From NCBI GenBank assembly GCA_041576165.1, contig JBFGLM010000030.1:1-60337 (forward strand): a stretch of DNA of 60,337 nucleotides, read 5' to 3'. The position numbers were made by a program, and so were the translations under genes. This document shows positions 27,970 to 38,238 of this stretch, piece after piece. The stretch's first letter is position 1, and the number at the start of each line of letters is the position of its first letter. Source of the DNA: Acidimicrobiia bacterium. Lineage in GTDB: Bacteria; Actinomycetota; Acidimicrobiia; Spongiisociales; Spongiisociaceae. Below the pieces are notes generated by a model. That model did not search any database and was not told the origin of the DNA. It saw only the letters and a program-made list of their open reading frames with translations.

Positions 27970-29427
27970 TCAGCGACGGCGAATGGTCCAACGGTCCCCG
28001 CCGGGGGCGGGTAATTCGTCGCTCCGTTTCGGCCCCCACGATCCGGCGGGATAGGGGTCGGGGACCAAACCGGCGTCGAGCAGCGGCGTATAGAGACGCC
28101 ACGACTCCTCCACTTCGTCGGAGCGGACGAACAGGGTCTGGTCGCCGGTCATCACGTCCAGAATCAGGGTCGAATAGCCATCGGGGATCGCGCCGAACGC
28201 GTCCTCGTACCGGAAGTCCAGGGGGATGCGCTCGAGCCGCGGGATCTCGGCGGGGGATTTCACGTCGATCATCAGATCGAAACCTTCATCAGGCTGGAGC
28301 GTGATCAGCAGCACGTTCGAGTGGCGCTGGCCCCGCTCAAAGGTCTGGAAGAGCCCGACCGGTGGCTCCCGGAAGGTGACCGCCACCTGGGTGAGCCGCG
28401 CCTCCATTCGTTTGCCGGTCCGAAGGTAGAACGGCACTCCCTGCCACCGCCAGTTGTCGATGCTCAGGCGCAGCGCAGCAAAGGTCTCGGTTGTCGAGTC
28501 CTCCGGCACTCCCTCTTCGTCGAGATAGCCCGGAGCCTCCCCACCATCGATCGAACCAGCGGTGTACTGGCCGAGCACCATGGCGTCGCGGTCGATCTCG
28601 GCGATCGAGCGCAGGACCTTGACCTTTTCATTCCGGATGGACTCGGCGTCGAAACGGGCCGGAGGTTCCATGGCCACAAGGGTGAGAACCTGAGTGAGGT
28701 GGTTCTGCACCATGTCACGCAGTGCTCCCGTCCCGTCGTAGTAACCGGCCCGAGTGCCGATGCCGAGATCCTCGGCCACGGTGACTTGCACGTTGTCAAC
28801 CCGATCACGGTTCCAGGCCGATTCGAAGAGAGCGTTGGCGAAGCGGAACACCAACAGGTTCTGCACGGTTTGTTTCCCCAGATAGTGATCGATCCGGTAG
28901 ACCTGGGACTCGTCGAAGTGGGCATGAACAACGTCGTTGAGTGATTCCGCCGACGCCAGGTCTCGGCCAAAAGGCTTTTCGATCACCAGGCGGGTCCATC
29001 CGACGCTGGTGGATAGGCCGGCACGGCCGAGGGATCTGATGACAGAAGGGAAGGCGCCGGGCGGCAACGCGAGGTAGAAGATCCGGTTTCCGTCCATGCC
29101 ATGCTGTCGCTCCAGGTCTTCGATCCGGGCCCGCAGCGCAACGTAGGATGCAGGATCGCGTGAGACCGGGTGGTAGTAGAGGACCTGCTCGCACCAGGTG
29201 TCACATGAACGGCCCCCATGCCCTGCCCCGGTCAGTGCCTCATTGGACATAGCTCGGAACTCTTCATCCGACAGATCGGTCGTGGCTGCGCCTACGAGCA
29301 CGCAGCTGTCATCCAATCCGAGTTCGTTGATGAGTCGGTAAAACGCAGGCAGCAGCTTGCGCCGGTAGAGGTCACCGGTGGCACCGATGATCACGAAGAC
29401 ATGCCGTTCGACACTCTCGGAGTTCAT
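27970..29427 (-). CDS. zwf: Glucose-6-phosphate 1-dehydrogenase
   Basis: GATGDL, EKPFG, RIDHYLGK, DMVQNH, RWQGVPFYLRTGK. Confidence 0.97.
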   Translation of the reverse strand: MNSESVERHVFVIIGATGDLYRRKLLPAFYRLINELGLDDSCVLVGAATTDLSDEEFRAMSNEALTGAGHGGRSCDTWCEQVLYYHPVSRDPASYVALRARIEDLERQHGMDGNRIFYLALPPGAFPSVIRSLGRAGLSTSVGWTRLVIEKPFGRDLASAESLNDVVHAHFDESQVYRIDHYLGKQTVQNLLVFRFANALFESAWNRDRVDNVQVTVAEDLGIGTRAGYYDGTGALRDMVQNHLTQVLTLVAMEPPARFDAESIRNEKVKVLRSIAEIDRDAMVLGQYTAGSIDGGEAPGYLDEEGVPEDSTTETFAALRLSIDNWRWQGVPFYLRTGKRMEARLTQVAVTFREPPVGLFQTFERGQRHSNVLLITLQPDEGFDLMIDVKSPAEIPRLERIPLDFRYEDAFGAIPDGYSTLILDVMTGDQTLFVRSDEVEESWRLYTPLLDAGLVPDPYPAGSWGPKRSDELPAPGGDRWTIRRR

Positions 29428-30338
29428 AGTGAGGCATCCCGGTGAATCGTGTGACCACCGAACTTGTTGCGCATGGCGGAGAGCAGGCGGTCGGAGAACT
29501 CGGTCTCATCGCGAGAAGCTATGCGGCGGAAGAGTGAGGTGGCGATGACCGGCGCGGCCACATTGAGATCGATCGCCTCGAAAACGGTCCAGCGCCCTTC
29601 CCCTGAGTCCGGCACATACGGCGCAATCCCCTCCAGGCCCGGGTTCTCATCGAGAGCTTCGGCGGTGAGATCGAGCAGCCAGGACCGCACGACCGAGCCA
29701 CGCCGCCAGATCTGAGCGATTTGGGCGAGATCCAGCCCGAATTCCTTCTTCTTCTCGAAGATGGCGAATCCCTCGGCATAAGCCTGCATGAGCCCGTACT
29801 CAATGCCGTTGTGCACCATCTTCACATAGTGACCGGCGCCGCTGGGGCCAACCAGGCCCCAGCCGGTGTCGGGCGTTGGAGCCAGCGCCTCGAAGACGGG
29901 CCTGAGTTCCTCGACGCTCGCCTCATCGCCGCCGATCATCATCGAGTACCCCTCGGTCAGCCCCCACACCCCTCCGCTCACACCTGCGTCGAGGAAACGG
30001 AGCCCGTGATCGTCCAGTGTGCGCTGCCGCCGGAGGGTGTCGTGATAGTTGGAGTTGCCACCGTCAATGATGGTGTCACCCTGGGCGAGATGCGCGATCA
30101 GCGACGCAATGGTGGCGTCGACGGCATCGCCGGCCGGCACCATTATCCATACCGCCCGCGGCGGATCGAGCTGGGCCACGAGATCTTCGACGTTCTCGGC
30201 GGCCTGTGCACCCACTTTTGCCACTGCCTCGACAGCAGAGGGGTTCAGGTCGAATCCAGACACGGCGTGGCCGGCTTGTATGAGGCGCTCGGTCATGTTC
30301 GCGCCCATCTTTCCCAACCCGACCATCCCTATGTGCAT
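29424..30338 (-). CDS. gnd: Decarboxylating 6-phosphogluconate dehydrogenase (short form)
   Basis: GLGKMG, IDGGN, GVSGG, GHYVKMVHNGIEY, DSGEGRW, MRNKFGGH; ATG at 30338. Confidence 0.96.
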   Translation of the reverse strand: MHIGMVGLGKMGANMTERLIQAGHAVSGFDLNPSAVEAVAKVGAQAAENVEDLVAQLDPPRAVWIMVPAGDAVDATIASLIAHLAQGDTIIDGGNSNYHDTLRRQRTLDDHGLRFLDAGVSGGVWGLTEGYSMMIGGDEASVEELRPVFEALAPTPDTGWGLVGPSGAGHYVKMVHNGIEYGLMQAYAEGFAIFEKKKEFGLDLAQIAQIWRRGSVVRSWLLDLTAEALDENPGLEGIAPYVPDSGEGRWTVFEAIDLNVAAPVIATSLFRRIASRDETEFSDRLLSAMRNKFGGHTIHRDASL

Positions 30339-30354
30339 CTGGATTCCCTTCCCT

Positions 30355-30966
30355 TCAGAGTTCAATACCCAATTCGGCCAGCGACCGGCGGAGCTGATCG
30401 ACATCTTCATGCAACACGGTCCCCATCCCCTCGAGGGCCGCACATTGGAGATTCAACTCCCGGTCATCGATGAATAGACATTCGGTGGCCGATCGCATGG
30501 TGACCGAAAGTGCAATGTCGTAGATCGCCTTGTCCGGTTTCCGCACGCCGAGTGAACCCGAGCTGAAGAACGCCTGGAAAAAGCGTCGGAGCCCGAACGT
30601 CGTGACGCGATAGTGGTTGAGCTCCAACGACTCGTTGTTGAGGGTGGCGAGATAGTACCGCCCGGATGCCGCCAGCTCGCCCAACAAGTCGAACATGCCA
30701 GGTAGCGGGGCGGACTGGGCGTACATGAACTCGGTCAGGTCCTGGGGATCGAAGGGGCGATCTCGGTGAAAGACCGTACGCTCCAGATAGGCGTCGAGGC
30801 TCAGATCACCTGTTTCCCATTGGGCTGCCACCAGGTCGTGGCGATCCGCGAACTCTTCCCAGTCGAGCTCGAATCGCTCGGCTGCGGCACGGCGCTGATC
30901 CCGATCCCAGCCGTTGGTCAGGACGACCCCGCCGACATCGAAGAACAGCGTCGTGGTCTCGGCCAT
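30355..30966 (-). CDS. HAD family phosphatase
   Basis: FFDVGGV, LNNE, RKPD, FIDD motifs. Confidence 0.88.
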   Translation of the reverse strand: MAETTTLFFDVGGVVLTNGWDRDQRRAAAERFELDWEEFADRHDLVAAQWETGDLSLDAYLERTVFHRDRPFDPQDLTEFMYAQSAPLPGMFDLLGELAASGRYYLATLNNESLELNHYRVTTFGLRRFFQAFFSSGSLGVRKPDKAIYDIALSVTMRSATECLFIDDRELNLQCAALEGMGTVLHEDVDQLRRSLAELGIEL

Positions 30967-31008
30967 CCAGTTCCTTCCGATCAAGCAGCGCGGGCGTCGG
31001 CCGTCAGC

Positions 31009-31431
31009 CTATTCCGCGGACAGATCCGCCGTCTGAGCGGTGGAAGCGAGCGCGAGCAACGCGAGGATGTAGACCACCCCCGCCACCCCGATCACGACGG
31101 CGTCATCGGACAGCAGAAAGCCGATCACGGAGGTCAAGAATCCGGCCTCGGCCAGTGCCGCGGCCACCACCGTTCCCGAGAGGTATCGCCACGGATGGGT
31201 CGGCTTGGTGGTGACCCTGACGCGCCAGCGAATGGCGAACACCAGTGAGGCCACCACAACACCCGCCCCCACCCCTTGTATCCAGCGGGTCAACGTCACT
31301 GAAACCGTGACTTCGGGCGGACCGACGAGAACCAGGACAGCCGCTACCGCCAGCGAGCCGAGGCCAATTGCGGTCAGCAGCACTGTGACGGTGCGGCGAA
31401 CCGGAGCTCCGAGTCTGCCGCTCGATGTCAT
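31009..31431 (-). CDS. Hypothetical membrane protein (about 4 TM)
   Basis: Hydrophobic segments; ATGA overlap with the aceK stop. Confidence 0.65.
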   Translation of the reverse strand: MTSSGRLGAPVRRTVTVLLTAIGLGSLAVAAVLVLVGPPEVTVSVTLTRWIQGVGAGVVVASLVFAIRWRVRVTTKPTHPWRYLSGTVVAAALAEAGFLTSVIGFLLSDDAVVIGVAGVVYILALLALASTAQTADLSAE

Positions 31432-33119
31432 GGGCCCAAGCGGTAGCTCGGTGGGTACGGGAAGATCTCTATCACCTCCCCGTCAAGGATACGTCGCTGG
31501 CATTCGAGCCACGTGCGGTGGTCGAAGAGGTCGGCGTGGACGCGATTGAATGCGGCCCGGACGTCGGGAGGCAAGCCCATGAACCGGGGGAATTCTTCCG
31601 GGAACACGTCGCTGTCGGCAACGGAAAACCACGGCACTGCTGCCATCTCGTCCTCGATGGATGGGGCCTCAGGAATCTTGCGAAATGAACAGTCCCGCAT
31701 GCGGGTCAACTCGTCGTAGTCGTAGAAGACCACCCGGCCGTGACGAGTGACTCCGAAGTTCTTGAGCAGCATGTCACCGGGGAAGATGTCGCTCGCCATC
31801 AGGTCGCGGATGGCGTCGCCGTAATCGATGATGGCGGCGATAGCCGCTCGCGCGTCCCGGTCCCGTATGTACAGATCGAGCGGGGTGACCTTGCGTTCGA
31901 TGTAGGCGTGGTCGATGATCACCCGGCGGCCTTCCACCCGAACGGTACGGGCGGCGTCCTCCGCGAGGTGGTCGAGGAGCTCGGGGGCGAATCGGTCTTG
32001 GGAAAGTGACAAATGTTCGAACTCCTGGGCTTCCACCAGCCGCCCGGCCCGGTCGTGGCGGTACACGAGCCGGTATTTCTCCCGGATCTGACCGCGCGTC
32101 GTCCGTTTGGGAGGTGGGAAGGTGTCCTTGATCACTTTGAAGACGATCTCGTAATCGGGCATGCCGAACACTGTCATGACCAGTCCGGGCTGGCCGGGCG
32201 CAATGCGGAAGCACTGGTCGGTGGTCTCGAGGTGCTCGAGCAGGTCGCGGTACAGCTCGGTCTTGCCGTGCTTGTCGAACCCGATGGAGTTGTACAACTC
32301 GGCCACACGCTTGCGTGGCATCAGCAACGCCAGGAAGGCCACAAGGGCATCTGGGTGCTCGGTCCGTACGTGGAAATACGACCGGGTGAAGCTGAACAGA
32401 ATGCTCGCCCTGTCCTCATCCGTGATCACCGCGTCGAGCACCAACCGCCCGTCCGGGTTCCTGATCGAGTAGATGAGGGGCACTGCTCGCTCGGGCCACG
32501 CAATCCGGCCCACCAAATAGCAGCCGTGCCCGCGAAAGAAGGGCTCGGGGGCCATCTCGATCCGGGCCGGCCCGCCCCGCCCGGTCGTTGCCATGATGCG
32601 GGACACGCACCGCCTGAGGTCGCGATTGAAGTCGACCCACGGCACGTTCGGGGCGAGCTCGCGGATTGACTGCGCTACGAGGCCGGCGAGATCGGGGCCC
32701 TCTACAACGACGGGCTGCAGTTCGGTGGATCCGGGCCGCCGATCGGATGCGATGAATTCGATTTCGGGATCAACCCCCACAGTGTCCCACACCCGCCTGG
32801 TCATCGAGTTGAACCAGGTCTCGCCCAGGCGGCGATTGGTGCAGTCGCTCAGCAGCACGTCATACGCGTCATGGAGCTGCACCCACGTCGCCCGCTCGGT
32901 ACCAGCTGCTCCGAGCGGGGTCATCACCGCAGCAAGCGTGTCGTCGAGCACGCTCCGGTACAAGTCCAGGCGTCGGTCGATGTCGCGGCGGGCTGCTTCC
33001 CAAGAGCAGGTGGCGAAATGGTCGTGGGCCCGCCGAGTCACATGATCGAACTCGACGAAGTAGCGGTCGAAGCCGCGCATGATTTCGTGAGCTGCAGCTT
33101 GGATCTCGGCAGGCGCCAT
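31428..33119 (-). CDS. aceK: Isocitrate dehydrogenase kinase/phosphatase
   Basis: ETWFNS, FSFTRSYF, KHGKTELYR, APGQPGLVMTVF, VFKVIKD, HDRAGR, IFPGDMLLKNFGVTRHGRVVFYDYDE, DVFPEEF. Confidence 0.95.
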   Translation of the reverse strand: MAPAEIQAAAHEIMRGFDRYFVEFDHVTRRAHDHFATCSWEAARRDIDRRLDLYRSVLDDTLAAVMTPLGAAGTERATWVQLHDAYDVLLSDCTNRRLGETWFNSMTRRVWDTVGVDPEIEFIASDRRPGSTELQPVVVEGPDLAGLVAQSIRELAPNVPWVDFNRDLRRCVSRIMATTGRGGPARIEMAPEPFFRGHGCYLVGRIAWPERAVPLIYSIRNPDGRLVLDAVITDEDRASILFSFTRSYFHVRTEHPDALVAFLALLMPRKRVAELYNSIGFDKHGKTELYRDLLEHLETTDQCFRIAPGQPGLVMTVFGMPDYEIVFKVIKDTFPPPKRTTRGQIREKYRLVYRHDRAGRLVEAQEFEHLSLSQDRFAPELLDHLAEDAARTVRVEGRRVIIDHAYIERKVTPLDLYIRDRDARAAIAAIIDYGDAIRDLMASDIFPGDMLLKNFGVTRHGRVVFYDYDELTRMRDCSFRKIPEAPSIEDEMAAVPWFSVADSDVFPEEFPRFMGLPPDVRAAFNRVHADLFDHRTWLECQRRILDGEVIEIFPYPPSYRLGP

Positions 33120-33162
33120 ACCGATCAGTGTGCCAGGGTCCAGGTCAAAGCCCGTGACGAGC

Positions 33163-36100
33163 TCACCCGGCGATCAGCATCGGCAGCACGGGGAATTGGT
33201 CCGGCCTCAGATCCTCGACCGACCCCATCGTCACTGCGGGATAGTCGGACAGCAGCGACTCCTGCTCACCGCCGGTTGCCCACGCCACGTCGAAGATGCG
33301 CGTGTGGTTGATGTCGGCCGGGGCGCCCCCCGCTCGCCACAAGGCCGCCTCCGGTGCGATGTCTCGGATGCGTCGGACTCCCGATGTGGGGTAGCCCTCG
33401 TGACTCATGACCGCCGCCGTGTACCCCCAGCCGACAGGATCGCCATCACCCAGCAGTTCCTGGGGGACACGGACCACAACCCTGCCCTTGTCGCCGAACA
33501 CGATAACGTCGAACGGAGGTGTCGTTTCCCGGCTCGCTCCCTCCCGGTCGGAGACGTACAAGGCCGGATCCCAACCTTCGATCGTGATGCCGTATTCCCA
33601 GCCGTTGCCTTCGGGCAACGCGGCGTTCCGGCCGGGAAGCAGCGTACGAGCTCCGGTTCCCGCCCCTGGATCGGTATCGATGTACACGTCGAACGTCTGC
33701 AGCGACAGTTCACGTGGAGATGCCCATGGATTCCGAATCGGACCGAGCAGCTCGAACGTGAAGACCATGTCACCGTCGTCGGTGCCGGCCTCGAACAAGG
33801 TGAGATCGTAGGTCCCGGCCCCGAAGACGCGCTCCGTCGGATACGTGTAGGTCCCGGGGCCGTGATCGTCGCCCCGAGGATCGGCCACCGATAGGAAAAC
33901 GTCCACATCGGACATGTCGGGCACCTGCGCCCGGGCCGGTCCGGTGGCCGGGAACATATGGGTGTCACGAAAGATGTCGTTGGGGAGCACGCGGAAGTGG
34001 ATCCGGTCACCGCTTTCCACCGGCCCCACCGACCGCAAAGGAACGGCGAATTCGACGCTGTTGCCGTCGAAGCCGGCTGGAGCTCTGACGCAATCCCGGG
34101 CCAACGCCTCGTCCCCGATCGCCGGCAGCTCCTCATGCCGGCAACTCTCGATCGGCGTAGCTCCGCGCCATTCCAGCATCACGTGCGCTGGGAAGCCGAG
34201 CAGCGATCCGCGCAAGCTCCGACCCCTCCCATCCGAGGCCGACGGCCCGCCGAGATACACCTCGAGGCCGACGTCATCATTGCCCAACAGCTCGAGCTCG
34301 AAATCGACCCTGAGGTAGAGGTTCTCCCGGTCGAACCCGTAGAACACGCGGTCGACGATCTCACCGTCACCGTCGTAGCGGCCAGCCGGCGCCCACTCTC
34401 GGGATCCGGCGTCGAAGTCCACGGTTGGGGTGAATAGATCCGCTGGGGTGGCGCCCGGCGGCACGGCCGGCTGCGGAACTATTGGGACTTCCAGGAAACC
34501 GGGAACGTCTTCGCCCAAGGCCACGTATACCTCCGCCAGCAGGTCGCGGAAAGCGCCGTCGAAGTACGGGTCGTCACCGGATTCTTGATCGGCGCCGTAC
34601 CACCAAAACCAATCAGACCCTTCTGCGAGCAGCATGGACTCATACGCCGCCGCCACCTGCTCAGGGCGGTAGTTGGTCGAGCGCTCGGCCTCTCGCAAGT
34701 CGCCACGAACTCGCTGGAGATACTCCCAGGCGGCGGACTCTTCCGGTTCACCGATCCATGTCGCGAAGTTCGATCCGAACCACGAGCCTGGGTATACCGC
34801 ATCGAGGCCATCCGGGGCGGGGTACTCGGCCAGGTATTCGCTCGGGGTGATGGTTCGGACGAAGTCGACCGCCGACAGGTTCGAATACAGCGCGTTGAGA
34901 AAATCCTTGCCGTCGTTGGGATAGTGCTCCCAGGCATTCTCTCCATCGAGCACCACCGTAACCACCGGAGGTCGGTCCCCTTCCAGCGCGCCGGCCTGGT
35001 GGAGATACTCTTTGATATCCCGCAACCGTGCCATGAAGTCGGCCGCCGCGCCCGGTCCGGACATTCCGGCGTATTCAAACCCGATGAGGTCGGAGAGGTG
35101 GGTATCGCGGAAGAACATGGGGACGGAGTCGTCGCCACCGGCCGGGCCGCGCCAGGGCCGGTACAACAGGTCGGCTTCGGCCACCAGGTCCTTCGTGTCG
35201 CGGGTAAACGATTCCAGTGCGAGGCTGGACGCAAGAACCTGCTCGCCGGTGGCAATCCATTCGACCTCGTTGCGGGTGAACAACGGCATGATCTGCTCCG
35301 CCACTGAGCCTTCGGCCGGCCACATGCCTGCCGGCCGCCGTCCTAGCAACCGCTCCGCGACCGCGAGACCGCGTGCAACCTGTTGGTCGGCATCTGCGGC
35401 CTCCTGAAACGGGTCCGCGGACGAAAGTTCGCTCGGTTCGCCCGCTTCTCCAATCGAGGCGTCGGCGATCAGGGGCAGGATTGGATGCGCCAGCGGGCTG
35501 GTCGTGACCTCGATCTGGCCGGATTCCCACATCTCAGAGTGGAGCGGGATCACCTCTTCGATGATCCGCACGTGCTCGGCGAACAGCGTCGCCTTGTCTT
35601 CTTCGGTGAAGTCGCGGCCCCGGGTGACCAAGCTCTCCAAGGGTTGAATCGCGAGGAGGTCCGGATCGGTCCAGGCCAGGTTGAAGAGAATCTGCAGATC
35701 CCGGTAATCGGCCTCGCCAAAGACCCGGAGGGCGTTGCGTGGTCCGCCCGCCTCGTCCCTCCTATCCAGGAGCTCCTGGAATCGAGGGAACCCCGAGATG
35801 ACCCGGCGGTTGGCGTCGAAGAATCTCTCCAGCAGGAACAGCTTGTCTTCTTCTGTCAGGTCCGTTGCGGGGATCTCCGCAACAGCCCAATAGATGTCCT
35901 TGACGCCACCGGCGAGTTCTTCGAGTTGCAGCAGGAGCGTCGGCGTCAGGTTGAAGACCGCTGACACGTCGGGGTAGCTCGCGAGTGTTGCGGCCATGTC
36001 GTAGTAGTCCTTGATGGCGTGGAGCCGGACCCACGGACGAGTTACGGAACCATCGTCGCCCAATGGATATCGTGGTTGGTGCTGGTTCCACATCAGCACC

Positions 36101-36285
36101 AGAAAGAACTCGGGTTCGACCTCTGGCGGTTCGGCGACGGCCGTGACGGAAGTGGTCGTCGCCGCCACGCTGGTCGGCGGCGCCATGGCGGTCGAAGGCG
36201 AGCTCGCCTCGCCATTTGTGCATGCGGCGGCCAAGATTGCGACCGCCACCAGCCCCACGACCTTGCGTACCCATGCGGGGGTCAC
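33163..36285 (-). CDS. GH57 amylopullulanase-type lipoprotein with C-terminal glucodextranase DOMON-like domain
   Basis: ILAAAC lipobox; WNQHQP, PWVRLH, HPILPL, MWPAEG (Glu), LDGENAW (Asp), AEGSDWFWW; DPRGDDHGPGTYTYPT, NPW, QTFDVYID; AGGAGG RBS + GTG. Confidence 0.92.
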   Translation of the reverse strand: MTPAWVRKVVGLVAVAILAAACTNGEASSPSTAMAPPTSVAATTTSVTAVAEPPEVEPEFFLVLMWNQHQPRYPLGDDGSVTRPWVRLHAIKDYYDMAATLASYPDVSAVFNLTPTLLLQLEELAGGVKDIYWAVAEIPATDLTEEDKLFLLERFFDANRRVISGFPRFQELLDRRDEAGGPRNALRVFGEADYRDLQILFNLAWTDPDLLAIQPLESLVTRGRDFTEEDKATLFAEHVRIIEEVIPLHSEMWESGQIEVTTSPLAHPILPLIADASIGEAGEPSELSSADPFQEAADADQQVARGLAVAERLLGRRPAGMWPAEGSVAEQIMPLFTRNEVEWIATGEQVLASSLALESFTRDTKDLVAEADLLYRPWRGPAGGDDSVPMFFRDTHLSDLIGFEYAGMSGPGAAADFMARLRDIKEYLHQAGALEGDRPPVVTVVLDGENAWEHYPNDGKDFLNALYSNLSAVDFVRTITPSEYLAEYPAPDGLDAVYPGSWFGSNFATWIGEPEESAAWEYLQRVRGDLREAERSTNYRPEQVAAAYESMLLAEGSDWFWWYGADQESGDDPYFDGAFRDLLAEVYVALGEDVPGFLEVPIVPQPAVPPGATPADLFTPTVDFDAGSREWAPAGRYDGDGEIVDRVFYGFDRENLYLRVDFELELLGNDDVGLEVYLGGPSASDGRGRSLRGSLLGFPAHVMLEWRGATPIESCRHEELPAIGDEALARDCVRAPAGFDGNSVEFAVPLRSVGPVESGDRIHFRVLPNDIFRDTHMFPATGPARAQVPDMSDVDVFLSVADPRGDDHGPGTYTYPTERVFGAGTYDLTLFEAGTDDGDMVFTFELLGPIRNPWASPRELSLQTFDVYIDTDPGAGTGARTLLPGRNAALPEGNGWEYGITIEGWDPALYVSDREGASRETTPPFDVIVFGDKGRVVVRVPQELLGDGDPVGWGYTAAVMSHEGYPTSGVRRIRDIAPEAALWRAGGAPADINHTRIFDVAWATGGEQESLLSDYPAVTMGSVEDLRPDQFPVLPMLIAG

Positions 36286-36504
36286 TGTTCCTCCTGCATT
36301 GCTCTCCCAGCAGTACCCCCGCCGACCACCCGATCGTCGCAACGAGAACGACGGCGTTGGCGAGGGCGCCGAATGTGGATCGTCCCGCAATTGATATCGG
36401 CAGATCATGCGGTGACATGCAGTATTTCAATTGAGCGGAGGATCAATGCCGAGTTCGCTCAGCGGGCCGGGGTGCCGGCCGCGGCGCCGCGCTACAGGCG
36501 CCGG

Positions 36505-37863
36505 TCAGCCGGACAGCGCGGTTTCGATCGCCTCTTGGGCGTTCGTCATCGCGTCGGCTGGTGAGATCTCTCCGTTCCGGACCCCCAGCAAGTTCACCCC
36601 CAGCGGGCCCCAAACCGAGCTCATTTCCGGGATGTTGGGCCGAGGCAGGCCGGTGGCCGCAGAGGCGGCAAATACGGCTTGGGCCGGGTCGGACGATGTC
36701 GCCGCCAGCGTCGGCTTGTGGGCCGGTGGACGAGGATCGGCCTCGAAGAGCGCTTGCATTGTCTCCTGCGTGGCCACGTAGTCCAACAAGAAGGTCTCTG
36801 CAATCACCGCATGTTCGGCATGGGCGCTGACGAAGAAACCGAGTCCTCCGACCAGCGGCGGCGGAGTGGTGCCATCCACGCGTGGGATCGTCGTGACGCC
36901 CCAGTTGAGGTCGCTGTCGTTGAGCGGCCCCAGCTCCCACGGACCGGTGATCCAGAACGGTTGCTTCTGCTCGTAGAACAGCGCCTTGGCCGCTTCGTAG
37001 TCGACCGATCTCACGATGCCTTCATCCACGAGGGCCGCCAGCGTCTGGACACCTGCGATGGTCTCCGAAGAGTCGAGCTGCACCGTCGAGCCGTCGTAGC
37101 CGGTCGAGCGGTCATAGGCAAAGATCCCACCGCCCTGCGATGCAATGAATGGGAAATTGTGAAAGGCGTCCGCCACCGTGCCGCCTCCCGGCAAGCCGAT
37201 GCAGTTCTCGATGGCGGGGAGCTCCTGGCAGGCCAAGGCGACCTCGTCCATAGTCGTCGGGACGTCAGTGACGAGGTCTGCGTTGTAGTACATGGCGATG
37301 GTCTCGGTGGAGTACGGCAACGCAAACAACGTGCCATCAAGTGAGAACATCTCCAGGGCCACGGTTTCGAACTCGGTAGCCCGACTGTCGAGATCGACCG
37401 GCGCTATAAGCTCGTTTGCTACCAACTCGCCGGTCCATTCACCAGAACCGACGAAGATGTCGGGACCCTCACCCGCCGGAGCGGCAACCTGGATCTGGCT
37501 GCGGATCTCACTTAGCTCAGTGGTCTGGATCACAACCCCAACCCCGGTCGCTTCCTGAAACGCCGTGCCGATCTCCTGAATCACGTTGGCCCGGGTTTCG
37601 TCCGCCCAGATGACAAGCTCAATCGTCTCTTCTTCCTCAGATGTTTCAGCGGCCTGCGCTTCGGTGGTGTCGGTTGTCTCGGCATCTTCGGTGCCCGATT
37701 CGGCCGCAACCGTGGTTTCGCTACCGGCCGCGTCCGAGTCCGCCAGGGGTTCTGTCACGACGGTGATCGACTCGTCCACTGGCTGGGTCGTCTCGGACCG
37801 ACCGCACGCGGCGACCACAAGTGTCAGCGCCACCAATACAAGCCACATTCGATTGGGTTTCAC
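36505..37863 (-). CDS. Maltose/maltodextrin-type ABC substrate-binding lipoprotein (MalE-like)
   Basis: VVAAC lipobox, acidic linker, APAGEGPDIF, LFALPY, YYN, ITGPW, PNIPEMSSVW; AAGGAGG RBS. Confidence 0.9.
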   Translation of the reverse strand: MKPNRMWLVLVALTLVVAACGRSETTQPVDESITVVTEPLADSDAAGSETTVAAESGTEDAETTDTTEAQAAETSEEEETIELVIWADETRANVIQEIGTAFQEATGVGVVIQTTELSEIRSQIQVAAPAGEGPDIFVGSGEWTGELVANELIAPVDLDSRATEFETVALEMFSLDGTLFALPYSTETIAMYYNADLVTDVPTTMDEVALACQELPAIENCIGLPGGGTVADAFHNFPFIASQGGGIFAYDRSTGYDGSTVQLDSSETIAGVQTLAALVDEGIVRSVDYEAAKALFYEQKQPFWITGPWELGPLNDSDLNWGVTTIPRVDGTTPPPLVGGLGFFVSAHAEHAVIAETFLLDYVATQETMQALFEADPRPPAHKPTLAATSSDPAQAVFAASAATGLPRPNIPEMSSVWGPLGVNLLGVRNGEISPADAMTNAQEAIETALSG

Positions 37864-38210
37864 GTGATTCCTCCTTCACGGGTGACGCGGCGCGCTGCCG
37901 TGCGGTGAGCTAGCAGCGGACTAGCCCGCCTTGCGATTTGCCGGGTCGCAAGACCTGCTGGGAGAGCATCCGCCCGATCCAGGGCTCAAGCGTCATTGTC
38001 ATGCATAGATCTCGACCCGCCTAGCGCGAAGCCGGCATGACGCTGGCCTGTCCCGTCGCAATTCGCGTTGCCGGGCGGTGCACGTTATCCGGTTGTTTCG
38101 ATCGAGGTCAGGAACCTCGAGTCCGTCACCTCCAGCTATCTCTCGCCTGACCCCGGCGCCGACGTTTACTGCCACGGCTCGTCCTCACGCAGACCGCCGC
38201 CTCTCGTCAA

Positions 38211-38226
38211 TCGAACATATGTTCGA
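38211..38226. promoter_or_regulatory. LexA (SOS) box
   Basis: Perfect TCGAAC-ATAT-GTTCGA directly abutting a TATAAT -10 (38227-38232). Confidence 0.92.
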
Positions 38227-38238
38227 TATAATAGGGGG

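Noticed and set aside
37929-37952. cttgcga-N9-tcgcaag inverted repeat as LacI/MalR operator of the sugar-binding gene
   Set aside because: Spacing does not fit a LacI-type palindrome and there is no second copy or adjacent regulator.
38068-38238. 57-codon upstream extension of the radical SAM ORF
   Set aside because: It contains the LexA box and -10 element, so the start is 38239.
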